Shown one piece after another: positions 53,588 to 64,000 of a DNA stretch of 64,000 nucleotides. Positions within the stretch are counted from its first letter, which is position 1; every line of letters starts with the position of its first letter. This DNA comes from an uncultured virus (IMG/VR IMGVR_UViG_3300012041_000021) (Duplodnaviria; Heunggongvirae; Uroviricota; Caudoviricetes). The position numbers and the translations under genes are program-made. The notes below the pieces were generated by a model, which ran no database searches, was not told the origin of the DNA, and saw nothing but the letters and a program-made list of their open reading frames with translations. The stretch lies in the IMG/VR virus record IMGVR_UViG_3300012041_000021. One strand, written 5' to 3'.

Positions 53588-55017
53588 ATGGAAAGACCTA
53601 AATTAGAAGATTTTTACGACCAAAGTGACCCAAGAGGTATATCATCAAGTGAGCGTGACGAGTACATGACAGCACTTAAAGTGTATGAAGGTTGGAAACG
53701 TAAGCGGTATGAAGATACTTATAAGTATAATCCTATTATGGAAGTTCCTATGCCTATAACAGATAATACACCCGAAACACCTCTTGAAGCCTTTATCGCA
53801 GAGATGACAGAAGGTATGGATAATCCTCAAGCTAGAGTAGCTAAACAGAGAGGTATCCTATTAGGAGTTCAGTGGCAAAAAGAAAGGATGTACACAGAAG
53901 ATGACTTAAAAGCAGCTCATTGGAATGGGTGGGCTCAGAGAGAACAACTTGATAACCTACATTTCCCTAACGGTCTTGATTACGAGGAGAAAGAAGAATA
54001 TGTTTTTAATGAATGGTTAAAAAATACTAAATAACTATGAAAATACAAATTGATGAAAAGTACCATTTAGAAAACGATGGTGCTAAAGGATGCTCTCTAG
54101 TCTTCTCGGAAATTCGGGAAGTAAAGAAACTAGACAAAAAGACTAAACAACCTACCGGAGAATTGGGAGAAAAACTGCATCAAGATACTTGGTATTTCCC
54201 TCACAGTAAGATGGCTTTGGAGAAGTATACTGAACTTACCGGACAGGACGTTGATTCTTTGGAAGAGTTTATTTCTGTTACTAAAACACTGACAGAAACT
54301 TTAGAGAAGATTTACAAGCAGTTTCACGAAGCAAGAATGGAATTTTTTAAATAGTAGATATGGTAAACAAAGTAACAATTGAAGAAGAACCGACTTTATT
54401 TTTTGACATTAAAGAATGTTCTATAGAAACTGACGAAGACCACAGAAAAGGGTCAAGCTATTTTAGAACAGATATTATTGAGTTCAAAGAAGAAGATAAG
54501 GAATATTATCCTAAAATAGAAAACTTTGAACAGTACGTAGGGACTTGGCAAACAAATACAATTATTGACGACCATGAATACGGAACAGATGAAAAGTTCA
54601 GTGTATTAACAAGAGTGGAGAAAGTAGAAACAGTTAGTTATAAATGGGTAAATAAATATGAGTGATTACGAAGCACACAGAGGAAGGTTAATTCCTCAAT
54701 TTAGATTAGAAGATGAGTCCGATTTAAACTATTTAAATAGGGTAGCGGAGCAGGAAGTCACTGAAGAGGAGTACAACGACTACGATGGTATTGAAGAAAC
54801 ACTTAGTGAATTAGATTTGTACGAAGATTTCTTCTATGTAAACGGTACTCTCTATAAAAATGTAGACCACGTAGAAGCGAGTCCCTATCACGCTCAAAAT
54901 TTAGAAGGAAATGATATTAATGGATACTCTTATTTTATGATGTTCTATAATGGAGGAACTTGCCTCTCTGAAATGATTGAAAATGGTTTAAACAAATTAA
55001 ATAAAAATGACAAATAA
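53588..55017 (+). other. Four hypothetical CDSs
   Basis: ORFs ending 54034, 54354, 54665, 55017; the first likely starts at ATG 53588 rather than inside the tRNA. Confidence 0.65.
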
Positions 55018-55215
55018 AAGATTATGTTGGGCATTATTTAGTTTAATGTTGATTACGTTAGGTACAGGTCTCTATTTAGGGGATGAGTTTTTAGAAGGTA
55101 TTTCTACAGGTTGTGCGGTAGCTCTTTACTTCACACTCCCCGAAAAGAAAACAGAAAAATAAGTTAACAAACGGAAAAACTTTTTAATTTAATTGTGTAA
55201 TTCAAAACATTGTTA

Positions 55216-55388
55216 TACATTTGCATCACAATAACAGAAGTCCTGTAGACTAGCAGGAGACAAGAGAATAGCCTTTACTAAGGGTTCGACTTGGTAAACA
55301 AACACAGGCAGAATGCCTACTCTCTCGCAATTTAAATTAGAGAGAATCAAATTATTAGCCCTTAGCCGAAACGTTAGGGGCTTTTTTT
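55216..55388 (+). promoter_or_regulatory. Promoter and structured leader with terminator/antiterminator upstream of nrdJ
   Basis: TACATTTG 55216; several hairpins; terminator AGCCCTTAGC-CGAAAC-GTTAGGGGCT plus T-run at 55357-55388; CTAAGGGTT (55278) complementary to its 5' arm. Confidence 0.6.
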
Positions 55389-55419
55389 GCCCCGTAAATT
55401 AAAAATCAATTATAAATAA

Positions 55420-57984
55420 ATGGAAGAGAAGTTATTAAACTATTTTAAAGGCGATGAGCTCGCCGCAGGAGTTTTCAAAGGAAAGTATGCATTGGAAGGT
55501 GAAGATACACCGGACGCTATGCATTCACGAATGGCAAAAGAATTTGCAAGAATTGAAGAGGGTTACATCAAAGATGAGTCTTCAAAACCTAAAGATAAGT
55601 TGTCTGAATATGGACAGACTAGAGAAGATTTAACTTACGAAAGAATTTACGGTTTATTTGAAGGATTTAAATATATCGTACCTCAAGGTTCTATCATGTC
55701 TACTTTAGGGACTAACCTTATTGCATCATTATCTAACTGTTGGGTTGTTGAATCCCCTACAGACTCTTATGCCGGAATCCACAAAACAGATGGGGATTTA
55801 ATCTATTATTACAAGAGAAGAGGAGGATGCGGAGCAGATATTTCAAATTTAAGACCAAAAGACACCAAAACAAATAATACAGCTAAGTCTTCAACCGGAG
55901 TTGTATCTTTCATGCCGAGATTCTCTAACACAACTAGAGAAGTTGCCATGAACGGAAGAAGAGGAGCTTTAATGTTATCTATTGACGTGAGACACCCTGA
56001 CGTTATGGATTTCATAACAGTTAAGAGAGATTTAACTCAAGTTACCGGAGCTAATATTTCTATTAGAATCAACAACGACTTCATGAAAGCTGTTGAAAAT
56101 GACGAGGACTATATATTAAGATTTCCATGTAATTTTGACATGACTTCGTTAGTTGCTAGAAACATTGAAGAGATTAAAGAGCAGCCATATAACGAGTTAA
56201 AAGAAATTGGAGAGGGTCTTTACGTAAAAAGAATTAAAGCTAAAGAGTATTGGGACGAGATTATCAAGTCAGCTAAAGACTTTGCAGAACCGGGACTTAT
56301 GTATTGGGACACGGCTTTAGATTATGACCCTGCTGCTGTATATGACGTTTACAGACCTATTTCTACGAACCCTTGCGGGGAGCAGTTTTTGAACGCAAAT
56401 GACAGTTGTAGATTGATGGCAAATAATCTATTCAGCTTTGTTATTAATCCGTTCACTTCAGAAGCTAGGATTGACGAAGAGAAATTATATTCAGTTAGCT
56501 ATGAATCCCTTAGATTAGGAGACGGATTAGTAGATTTAGAAGCAGAATACATTCAAAGAATTATCGACAAGATTATTTCTGACCCTGAATCTGACGAAGT
56601 AAAAAGACAAGAGTTAGAGTTATGGATTAAATCTAAACAGAAAGCTTTAGCCGGAAGAAGAGTTGGTTTAGGAATCACAGCTTTGGGCGATATGTTAGCC
56701 GCTTTAGGATTCAAATATGATTCTGACGAAGCTTTGAAAACCATTGAACATGTAATGTCAATTAAGATGAAAGCTGAATTAGATGCTACTATCGACTTGG
56801 CTATCTTAAGAGATACTTTTGAAGGTTGGGACGTGAATAAAGAATATGCCGTAGTTTTAGGTTCTTTAGGAGCAGGGAAGAATTCTTTTTACGAATTTAT
56901 TTTACAGAAGTTTCCTGAACAAGCTAACAGAATGGCTAAGTACGGAAGAAGAAATTCAAATTGGAGTACAGTTGCACCAACCGGAAGTGTTTCTATTTTA
57001 ACACAAACTTCTTCAGGAGTTGAACCTTTGTTTATGCCATATTATATGCGTAGAAAGAAAGTAAACCCTAATGAGAAAAATGTTAAAGTAGATTTCATTG
57101 ACCAAAACGGAGACAATTGGCAAGAGTTCGCGGTAATGCATTCCAAGTTTAAAGATTGGATTTATATTTCACAGAATTGGAATCCTAATAATAACGAAGT
57201 TGACAAGTTGACTAAAGAAGAGTTAGTAGTTCTTTTTGAGAAATCCCCTTGGTTTGGCAGTACAGCAAATGATATTGATTGGTTAAAACGAGTAGAGATT
57301 CAGTCTATTTTACAGGCTTACACTACCAATGCTATTTCAAGTACTATCAACTTACCTTCAACAGTTTCTTACAAAGATGTGAGTGATATTTACATGCAAG
57401 GTTGGAAGAAAGGTTTGAAAGGTCAAACGGTTTATGTTGATGGTTCTCGAAGCGGAGTTTTAGTTGACAGTTCAAAAGAGGTTAAGTCTTCATTTGAGTA
57501 TAAAGACGCTGTAAAACGTCCGAAAGAACTAGAAGCTGATATGCATGTAGCGCAAAGTGGTAATGGAAAGTTCACTATAATTGTTGGGAAACTTAATGAC
57601 AAACCTTATGAAATTTTCGTTCACGATTATGTAGCCGAAGACGGAAAAGCAAGAAAAGGAAAATTAACTAAAAAGACTAAAGGTTTGTACATGTTTGATA
57701 ATTTGGAAGTTTCTACGGAAATGACAGATGAACAAACAGCTATCACTAGATTAGTAAGTACTTCTTTAAGACATGGAGCTGATATTAAGTACATTGTAGA
57801 GCAGTTAAGTAAGTGTGAAGGGGATTTGTTCTCTTTTACTAAAGCGGTTGCTAGAGTGCTTAAAAAGTACATTCCTGAAGGGGAGAAGTCAACACTTACT
57901 TGTCAAGACTGTGGAGGTACGAATGTAATCTTTGAAGAAGGTTGCAGTAAGTGTTTGGACTGCGGTTCGTCTAAGTGTGGGTAG
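55420..57984 (+). CDS. nrdJ: Class II (adenosylcobalamin-dependent) ribonucleotide reductase
   Basis: SLSNC, TNPCGEQ, APTGS, SSTIN, C-terminal TSCPD-like domain and CxxC..CxxC..KC tail; no nrdB nearby. Confidence 0.9.
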   Translation: MEEKLLNYFKGDELAAGVFKGKYALEGEDTPDAMHSRMAKEFARIEEGYIKDESSKPKDKLSEYGQTREDLTYERIYGLFEGFKYIVPQGSIMSTLGTNLIASLSNCWVVESPTDSYAGIHKTDGDLIYYYKRRGGCGADISNLRPKDTKTNNTAKSSTGVVSFMPRFSNTTREVAMNGRRGALMLSIDVRHPDVMDFITVKRDLTQVTGANISIRINNDFMKAVENDEDYILRFPCNFDMTSLVARNIEEIKEQPYNELKEIGEGLYVKRIKAKEYWDEIIKSAKDFAEPGLMYWDTALDYDPAAVYDVYRPISTNPCGEQFLNANDSCRLMANNLFSFVINPFTSEARIDEEKLYSVSYESLRLGDGLVDLEAEYIQRIIDKIISDPESDEVKRQELELWIKSKQKALAGRRVGLGITALGDMLAALGFKYDSDEALKTIEHVMSIKMKAELDATIDLAILRDTFEGWDVNKEYAVVLGSLGAGKNSFYEFILQKFPEQANRMAKYGRRNSNWSTVAPTGSVSILTQTSSGVEPLFMPYYMRRKKVNPNEKNVKVDFIDQNGDNWQEFAVMHSKFKDWIYISQNWNPNNNEVDKLTKEELVVLFEKSPWFGSTANDIDWLKRVEIQSILQAYTTNAISSTINLPSTVSYKDVSDIYMQGWKKGLKGQTVYVDGSRSGVLVDSSKEVKSSFEYKDAVKRPKELEADMHVAQSGNGKFTIIVGKLNDKPYEIFVHDYVAEDGKARKGKLTKKTKGLYMFDNLEVSTEMTDEQTAITRLVSTSLRHGADIKYIVEQLSKCEGDLFSFTKAVARVLKKYIPEGEKSTLTCQDCGGTNVIFEEGCSKCLDCGSSKCG

Positions 57985-58045
57985 TATGAAAAAAGATTGG
58001 ATTTATGAACAATTTGTTGCAGAACAAATAAATAATAAAAAGAAA

Positions 58046-58300
58046 ATGAATAGTATTGAAATTTTAGCATTTAAAATGCCCGGTTGCGCTCCCTGTAAAG
58101 TGATAGCACCGATTTTAGAAGCCCTTGAAAACGTTAAAGTAGAGTTTATCGACGCTATGGAAGACATGGACAGAGCTATACAGTTTAAAGTTAGACAAGC
58201 TCCCACTTTAGTTTACCTTAAAGATGGAGAAGAAGTTAGAAGAACAGTAGGTCTTCAAACTAAAGAAAGTATTGATGAAATACTGAATAGTCTTAACTAG
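58046..58300 (+). CDS. Thioredoxin
   Basis: GCAPC active site and cis-Pro APTL; likely start ATG 58046. Confidence 0.9.
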   Translation: MNSIEILAFKMPGCAPCKVIAPILEALENVKVEFIDAMEDMDRAIQFKVRQAPTLVYLKDGEEVRRTVGLQTKESIDEILNSLN

Positions 58301-58313
58301 ACTGATTATAAAT

Positions 58314-58343
58314 AAAGCCCGATAGTAATTTTTCGGGCTTTTT
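58314..58343 (+). terminator. Intrinsic terminator
   Basis: AAAGCCCGA...TCGGGCTTT followed by T-run. Confidence 0.8.
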
Positions 58344-58395
58344 TATGCTGTAATATCAAAATAAGTTGTATATTTGTCAAACAAAACAATAAGAT

Positions 58396-59533
58396 ATGAA
58401 ACTAATACCAATGACCGATTTTGTTTTTCATAAAAGAAGAACAATGGTTGACGAAGGCTTGCCTGTAGATGATTGCCTACAACAAATATTCAATTACGCC
58501 AACTTTTTAAAACAACTCTTAACACTTGGAATGTTTGTTCCTTGCAGTGCTAGTGGAGAGATTTTAAAGCTTCCTATTTTTGAAGATTACACCGACTGTA
58601 CTATAGAACAAAACATGGAAGATTTTCTGTATAATTTAGGACTCTATAATGACGCAAAAGACCGCGTTTTATTTGAGGGAGAACATGGATTATATGATGA
58701 TTGGTGTTTACAACTAGAAGATGGGACTCTTATAGAAAATGTAAAAAAGTTACATAAAATGACCATTGAAGATTTAACCTTCCATGAGTTAACATTAACT
58801 GAATCAGCAATTAAACAATTAGGAATTTAAAGATGAAAAAGACAGAAGTAAAAACAAATTTCCTTCACAGGTACATATTACCGAGAAGAGAATATACTGT
58901 TAGAGCATTGACGGACAATAGAGACGAGTTTGCAATAGAGGAAGTTTATTATATTTTAAGTATGGCTATTTGGCACACGTTCCACATAGAGGATGAGAAG
59001 TTGGGAAAACCTTTCAATACTTTTTTTCAGGCGTTAAGAGAGAGTGAGGAATTGGAAGCTGTGGAAAAAGCAAAAGTACTTGATAGAGAAATCAAATTCA
59101 TTTGGGTTTGTGTGGGGTTTTTAATGACAATTGCCGGATGGAGTTTAATTGAATATGTTTTATAAGTATGGAAGAAAGATTAGTAGGTTATGATGTAGCT
59201 AAAGCAGCTAAATGGAAATTTATTGAATTTAACACACGACACGGATTTAATGAACCAACTAAAGAAGCGTTTGATGGGGGTAACGTATCAAATTGGAGTT
59301 TACTTAGGAAGTTTATTTCAAGACCAACACAATCTGTTGTTCAGGCGTACTTAAGAGATAACCATAATCTAAAAGTTTATGTTGTCCCTCACTACGATAA
59401 TGAGCACTACAACAGTTACATATTAAACAAAGAGGTAAGCTACAATAAAGAGCATTACGACCTATCATTTAAAACCTATGAAGACGCATTAGAAGCAGGA
59501 TTAGAAGAAGCATTAAATTTAATAGAAAATTAA
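58396..59533 (+). other. Three hypothetical CDSs
   Basis: ORF track; promoter TATATTTG near 58369. Confidence 0.65.
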
Positions 59534-59543
59534 AGCGGAGAGC

Positions 59544-60242
59544 ATGAAAGTAGAGTTAGTAGCAAAAACAGTAGGAGTAGGTAAATATGAAAACCTATCT
59601 TCAGAAGAAATTGTGTCGGCAATTGCACGACATGGAGTTGTAAAAGAAGACAACGGTAAATTAGTTAAATACTTAATGTCTAACGCTCATTGGAGTCCTT
59701 TAGACATGATTAACTTCGTAGTTGAAGTAGAAACAAGTAGAGCAATTGGGAGACAGATTTTGCGCCACGCAAGTATTAAATTTCAAGAGCATAGTCAAAG
59801 ATATTCTGATAGAGTTCAGTTTGAACCAATTGAGTTTAGGATGGAACACCCGACAAACAGACAGAGTAGTACAGACATCATCGGTACTTTAGAAATCAAA
59901 GAGAAGTCTTTCAGTACAGATGTTTTAGATGGATTTGAAGAACATCAAGATTTTTTAGAAGAAATTGGTTACTATTTAAAAAATGTTCAAAAACTTTACA
60001 AAGAAGGTTTAGAAAAAGGGATTGCAAAAGAGTGTATGAGAAGCATACTTCCTGAATGTACTACATCAACGTTATCAGCTAATGGTACATTACGTTCTTG
60101 GTTAAGTTTCTTAAATGTTCGTTGTGACCATCATGCTCAAAAAGAGTGTCAAGACCTTGCTACTCTAATCGGAGAAGCTTTAGAAAAAGAAATGCCTAAT
60201 GTGTTTTCTACTATTGAATGGAGAACCGGAATGTTCATGTAA
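59544..60242 (+). CDS. thyX: FAD-dependent thymidylate synthase
   Basis: HWSPL, RQILRH, FQEHSQRY, AKECMR.ILP, HAQKE. Confidence 0.93.
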   Translation: MKVELVAKTVGVGKYENLSSEEIVSAIARHGVVKEDNGKLVKYLMSNAHWSPLDMINFVVEVETSRAIGRQILRHASIKFQEHSQRYSDRVQFEPIEFRMEHPTNRQSSTDIIGTLEIKEKSFSTDVLDGFEEHQDFLEEIGYYLKNVQKLYKEGLEKGIAKECMRSILPECTTSTLSANGTLRSWLSFLNVRCDHHAQKECQDLATLIGEALEKEMPNVFSTIEWRTGMFM

Positions 60243-60246
60243 GCGT

Positions 60247-61392
60247 ATGGAAGTAATAGAAGTTATTAAGGAGTTAGCTAGAAGAGGTATATCCACTTCA
60301 GTATGGTATGACGATGATGTGAGGGAGTTAATATATTTTGATTTAAACACCGGGGCTAAAAGTAATCTTTATCTTTTTGAAGATGGTGTTATAAAAGGAA
60401 GGTATGGATATGAAAGCGTCATTGACTTAGGAGAAGATTTAGAAGACATTATACACTCACTTTGTTACGAGTTTAAACGCTCACTACATGGAAGAGATTA
60501 TGGTAACGGAGATTGGTTTCAATTGTGTAAAACATTAAAAATAAAAACAAGTTAACATGAAATTTTATAAAGTAGTAGAAAATATAGAAGCAAAACACTT
60601 CAAGATAAATAAAGGAGATATTATATGCAACAGTTTTTATTTTGGGTGGGTTAAGTGCGCCACAAATAAAACAAAAACAGCCCATTTATGGAGTTATTTT
60701 TTTAACCCGTTAGAATGTTTAGAGGCAGGACTATTAAAACCGCTAGATAAATGGGATTTAGTAAAGCTTACACCTCATTTAAAGAAAGAAATGTTAAAGT
60801 TTGACTATCCATTCAGTTTAAAAAATGACGAGTTTAAAACTTTAGAAGAAATTAAAAACATTAAAGATAGGGTTAAAAAATATAAAAATAGATAATATGG
60901 ACAGTCAACAGAGATTTTACATGGATGACAGTTTCGGTACAGAGCCGGAAGTTATTTTAACAGCAAACATAGAAAATATTTTAGAGCAGTATAGATTACT
61001 CTCCATCGAAGAGAAGGTTATATGTTGCCGAGTAATAATTAACGAAAAGATTTTTTAAATTTTTCTTGCCGGATTAAAAATTAATTAGTACATTTACAAA
61101 AAATAAAGAAAACATGAACAGAAAACAATTATTAGAAAGCTCTATAACAGAGCAAAAAAATGTAGATACAGTAATCGCTATCACATTAAAGAAAGATGCT
61201 AAAACTATTAACAAGGCTAAGAGAGACTTGGAAGACCAACTTGAAGAAGCTGAAGAAGCTTTGGAAGAAAGATTATCTTCTGACGTACCTTTAGATAAGT
61301 CCGTAGTTGAAGTGACTTATTCTAAGATTAAAGATTTGAAAGCTTCTCTAGCTCTTTACAAAGAGTTTGAAAAGGAGTTTTTAGGAGAGTAA
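60247..61392 (+). other. Small hypothetical CDSs
   Basis: ORFs ending 60555, 60895, 61392. Confidence 0.6.
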
Positions 61393-61433
61393 TTAACTAA
61401 TCGGGGTGTAAAAACCCCTCTTTTCACTACACT

Positions 61434-62792
61434 ATGAAAACAATACATTTTGTTACCCCGACTTTACTTTCCTACATAGATTTAATGTCTATGGGCGGTT
61501 CAGAAAAAGCAGACGACGATACAAAGATTGGGACTTACTGTTCAGGTTTGAAGTTCTCTATGGCTCTAGCTCACAGAAACAATGTTAAAATAGGTATTAC
61601 GGTCTACGACACTGAAGACATCTTTGAAGATGTGGAAGGTATGAACAGAGATAGAAAAACTGAATACACTGTTGGAACATATACAGAAAGATGTGGACAG
61701 ACCGGAAAAGAAAAAGAGCTGTTACAATTAACTAAAACTGTTTCAGACCCACGTTTCTTTTCACTTAATTCAGTTGAACCTATCTCTCAAGAAATTATCC
61801 CTACCGGATTCTCTACCAAGTTAGGTATTGATTGGTCTTTGTGGATGCTTTTAAGAGAAATCTATAGTAACATGGTCGATGAAGGAGGGGAATATCACGA
61901 AATCAGTTGTCCGATTGTTAATTATGGAACAGTTGTTTCTCTTAGTTTTGAAGAGGGTAGCGAGTTTGATGAAATTTGGAATAATCGTCATCTTTACATT
62001 AATGAGGAAGAGCCTTTGTACGTCATCTCTCCTTCAGTGGATGTTTTAGCGAATGAGGAAGGATATCTTAGAATCTATAAACAGAACATTCTAGTTTATG
62101 AAGATAAAGAAATTCCAAGTAGATTTGCTTACAATGTAAGGTTCGGGAGTATAGATGAGAAAAGGATTTTATCTGACGCTTATTGTGTAGAAGGAGATAT
62201 AGTTAATGCTATTAAGAACACTAAGAATGAGGAGTATCTTAGAGAAATCATAGATTCAACTTTTCATTGTGCAGAGAAAGAGTTTCTTTCAAGTAGAAGT
62301 ACTTACGGGTCTGCTTCCGATTTAATTCATGACATAGCTTGTGAAATCTATGAAGAGTGCGGAGAAGTTAAATCTTATAGTTGGGTTATCAACTTGATTA
62401 AGGAAAGAGAAGATTGTAAAATTGCCGGAAAGAAACTTAAGTCAGTTGGGGATAGTATTTGGGCTTACAGTACTACTGTTGAAGTACAAAGTGCTCCTGA
62501 AACTTTCTCTACACCGGAAGTGATTGAAACAGAAGAAGAAGTTTTTGAAGATTCTTTTGTCGCGGAAATTAGAAAACACTATAACTTTGATTTAGATGTT
62601 GAAGTTAAAATGGCTAAATTGAAAGGAAGTAAAGTTATTGCAGACAAGTACTGTAAATGCTTAATCATTGACGATTCTTTTGATTTACAGGAAGACTTCC
62701 CCGAATTTATTGTGCAGTATTTAGACTTAACTAGACAAGGTAACGTAGTTGAGAATTTATCTGTTTTTATTTGTGAACTTTTAAAAAAATAA
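61434..62792 (+). CDS. GHKL/HATPase-like domain protein
   Basis: KIGTYCSGLK (IG.FG.GLK-like) and LREIYSNMVDE motifs. Confidence 0.5.
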   Translation: MKTIHFVTPTLLSYIDLMSMGGSEKADDDTKIGTYCSGLKFSMALAHRNNVKIGITVYDTEDIFEDVEGMNRDRKTEYTVGTYTERCGQTGKEKELLQLTKTVSDPRFFSLNSVEPISQEIIPTGFSTKLGIDWSLWMLLREIYSNMVDEGGEYHEISCPIVNYGTVVSLSFEEGSEFDEIWNNRHLYINEEEPLYVISPSVDVLANEEGYLRIYKQNILVYEDKEIPSRFAYNVRFGSIDEKRILSDAYCVEGDIVNAIKNTKNEEYLREIIDSTFHCAEKEFLSSRSTYGSASDLIHDIACEIYEECGEVKSYSWVINLIKEREDCKIAGKKLKSVGDSIWAYSTTVEVQSAPETFSTPEVIETEEEVFEDSFVAEIRKHYNFDLDVEVKMAKLKGSKVIADKYCKCLIIDDSFDLQEDFPEFIVQYLDLTRQGNVVENLSVFICELLKK

Positions 62793-62936
62793 ACATGTAT
62801 AAATATAAAATAGCTTGGGTAAAGAAGAATAAATATCAAATCATAGAGTACGTGGAAGATGGAGAAGAAGTGTTCTTAAAAGTTGTATTTACCGGAAACA
62901 TAAACGAAGTGGAAGAACAATTAAAATGGTTAAGAA

Positions 62937-63843
62937 ATGGAAAGCTTTAAAGCGTATAGACACCGGAATAATCCACAGGAAAAACTTCTACATGACAAGT
63001 TTTTGGAACAATATATTAACGAAACTTATCTAGATTTTTTAATATTTCCTGCCGAAGATGGGGATGACGGTATGTTTATCTCCACCGACACATTAAGTAA
63101 AAGAGAACAGAAAATTGTCTTAAGTACGGTGCAATGGTTAGGTAGTCCTCTAGGTAGACAGTTTTTAAGTAGTTGCGGATATAAATTAGAAAAAGATGGA
63201 GAATAAATTATGGGGAGTATATTCTCCCGAAGATGAACTATTAGCTGTTCACTCTACAGAAGATGGCGCAGAATTAAATTTCGGTAGATATTTAAGACAA
63301 CATGGAGAAGGGTTTTACGTAGATATTGTTGTAGTGCATGACTAAGTATTATTTAACAGAACCGCAAATTAATTTCATCTTTTCGCACAAATATTTGGTA
63401 GTAGATAAAAAACGCTTTATCTTTGATGCCGAGAAAATAAAACTTTTGAGGAAGTTGTTTAAAAAAAGTAAGTATTATAAGTAATGGTCATAATAGATAA
63501 GATAGTAATGTCTGAAGAAGACAAGGAGAAAATAAAGATTGGTAATTGGTATGTTTCAAAAAAAGGGATACGTACTGCGGAGAACTCATTTCCGCAAGGA
63601 ACAAAGTTCAGGATATCCGCATTCAGGGAACAACATAATCCGGCTTTATTTACATACTCTTATGTGCATAGAGCTCATGTAAGAAATGAGTTGATAATAG
63701 AAATGTATTGTCCAATTGGAGAGCTACACACTTCATATCACTCAGAAAGATTCTTTGAAGAATTTGAAGAATTGTCTTATAAGATAAAAAGATTTTCTCT
63801 TTTCGGTTATATTGTCGATATTTACAAATACAAAATATGCTAA
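62937..63843 (+). other. Hypothetical CDSs; a further ORF runs off the window end
   Basis: ORF track. Confidence 0.55.
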
Positions 63844-64000
63844 CAGTTAAAAGTATTACCGGAGATAAGAAAAGAATAGAGGTTGAGTTTAATGAAGGTC
63901 ATTCTGCTCATTTTTACTCTTTCGGGCACGCTATTTATTCATCAGTCAGTGACAATTTAAATAAAGCGAGTTTACAGGAGTTTAAAAAGAGTATTGAAGA

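Noticed and set aside
55230..55388. Cobalamin riboswitch upstream of nrdJ
   Set aside because: Conserved GGGAA / GCAACTGT / B12-box elements are not recognisable
55420..57984. Intein or intron in nrdJ (also checked terL and recA)
   Set aside because: Frames are continuous and no intein splice-junction or LAGLIDADG motifs were seen
1..64000. Stop-codon reassignment (TAG/TGA) as in some crAss-like phages
   Set aside because: Long genes are uninterrupted in the standard code and TAG ends many genes; the TCA in the tRNA-like hairpin loop is not in a canonical anticodon position

Overview
A 64-kb segment of a large, AT-rich, standard-code dsDNA phage of Bacteroidota. It is crAss-like (Crassvirales-type head module); the TTTG..TAnnTTTG promoters point to a Bacteroidota host, probably a flavobacterium. 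Positions 1-10.2 kb (minus strand) hold the head/packaging module: major capsid (truncated), scaffold-like protein, portal, terminase and small conserved genes. Positions 10.3-26.1 kb (plus strand) hold recombination and protein-handling genes: RHH + HNH-AP2 cassette, NinG-like nuclease, RecA, GIY-YIG, degenerate PhoH, DUF5664-like protein, ClpP, SSB, GroEL/GroES and an aspartyl protease. Positions 26.1-28.4 kb are mostly non-coding and probably the genome terminus/leading end. They carry six Fur-box-like palindromes, DnaA-box-like triplets, three 95-bp tandem promoter units, boxA-like sites and a perfect parS palindrome. Positions 27.8-45 kb are a dense run of small early genes. Positions 45-64 kb hold nucleases, an M43 protease, NrdJ, thioredoxin and ThyX. 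The most unusual signals are non-coding: (i) two homologous loci (11.06 kb, 46.6 kb) with near-identical promoters, covarying kissing-loop hairpins and GCGAAGC mini-hairpins; (ii) the host-factor binding-site cluster at the putative leading end; (iii) a ~570-nt ornate ncRNA candidate; (iv) a tRNA-like RNA with a hairpin inserted in its anticodon loop; (v) an attenuator-like nrdJ leader. All calls are by eye; no database searches were run.
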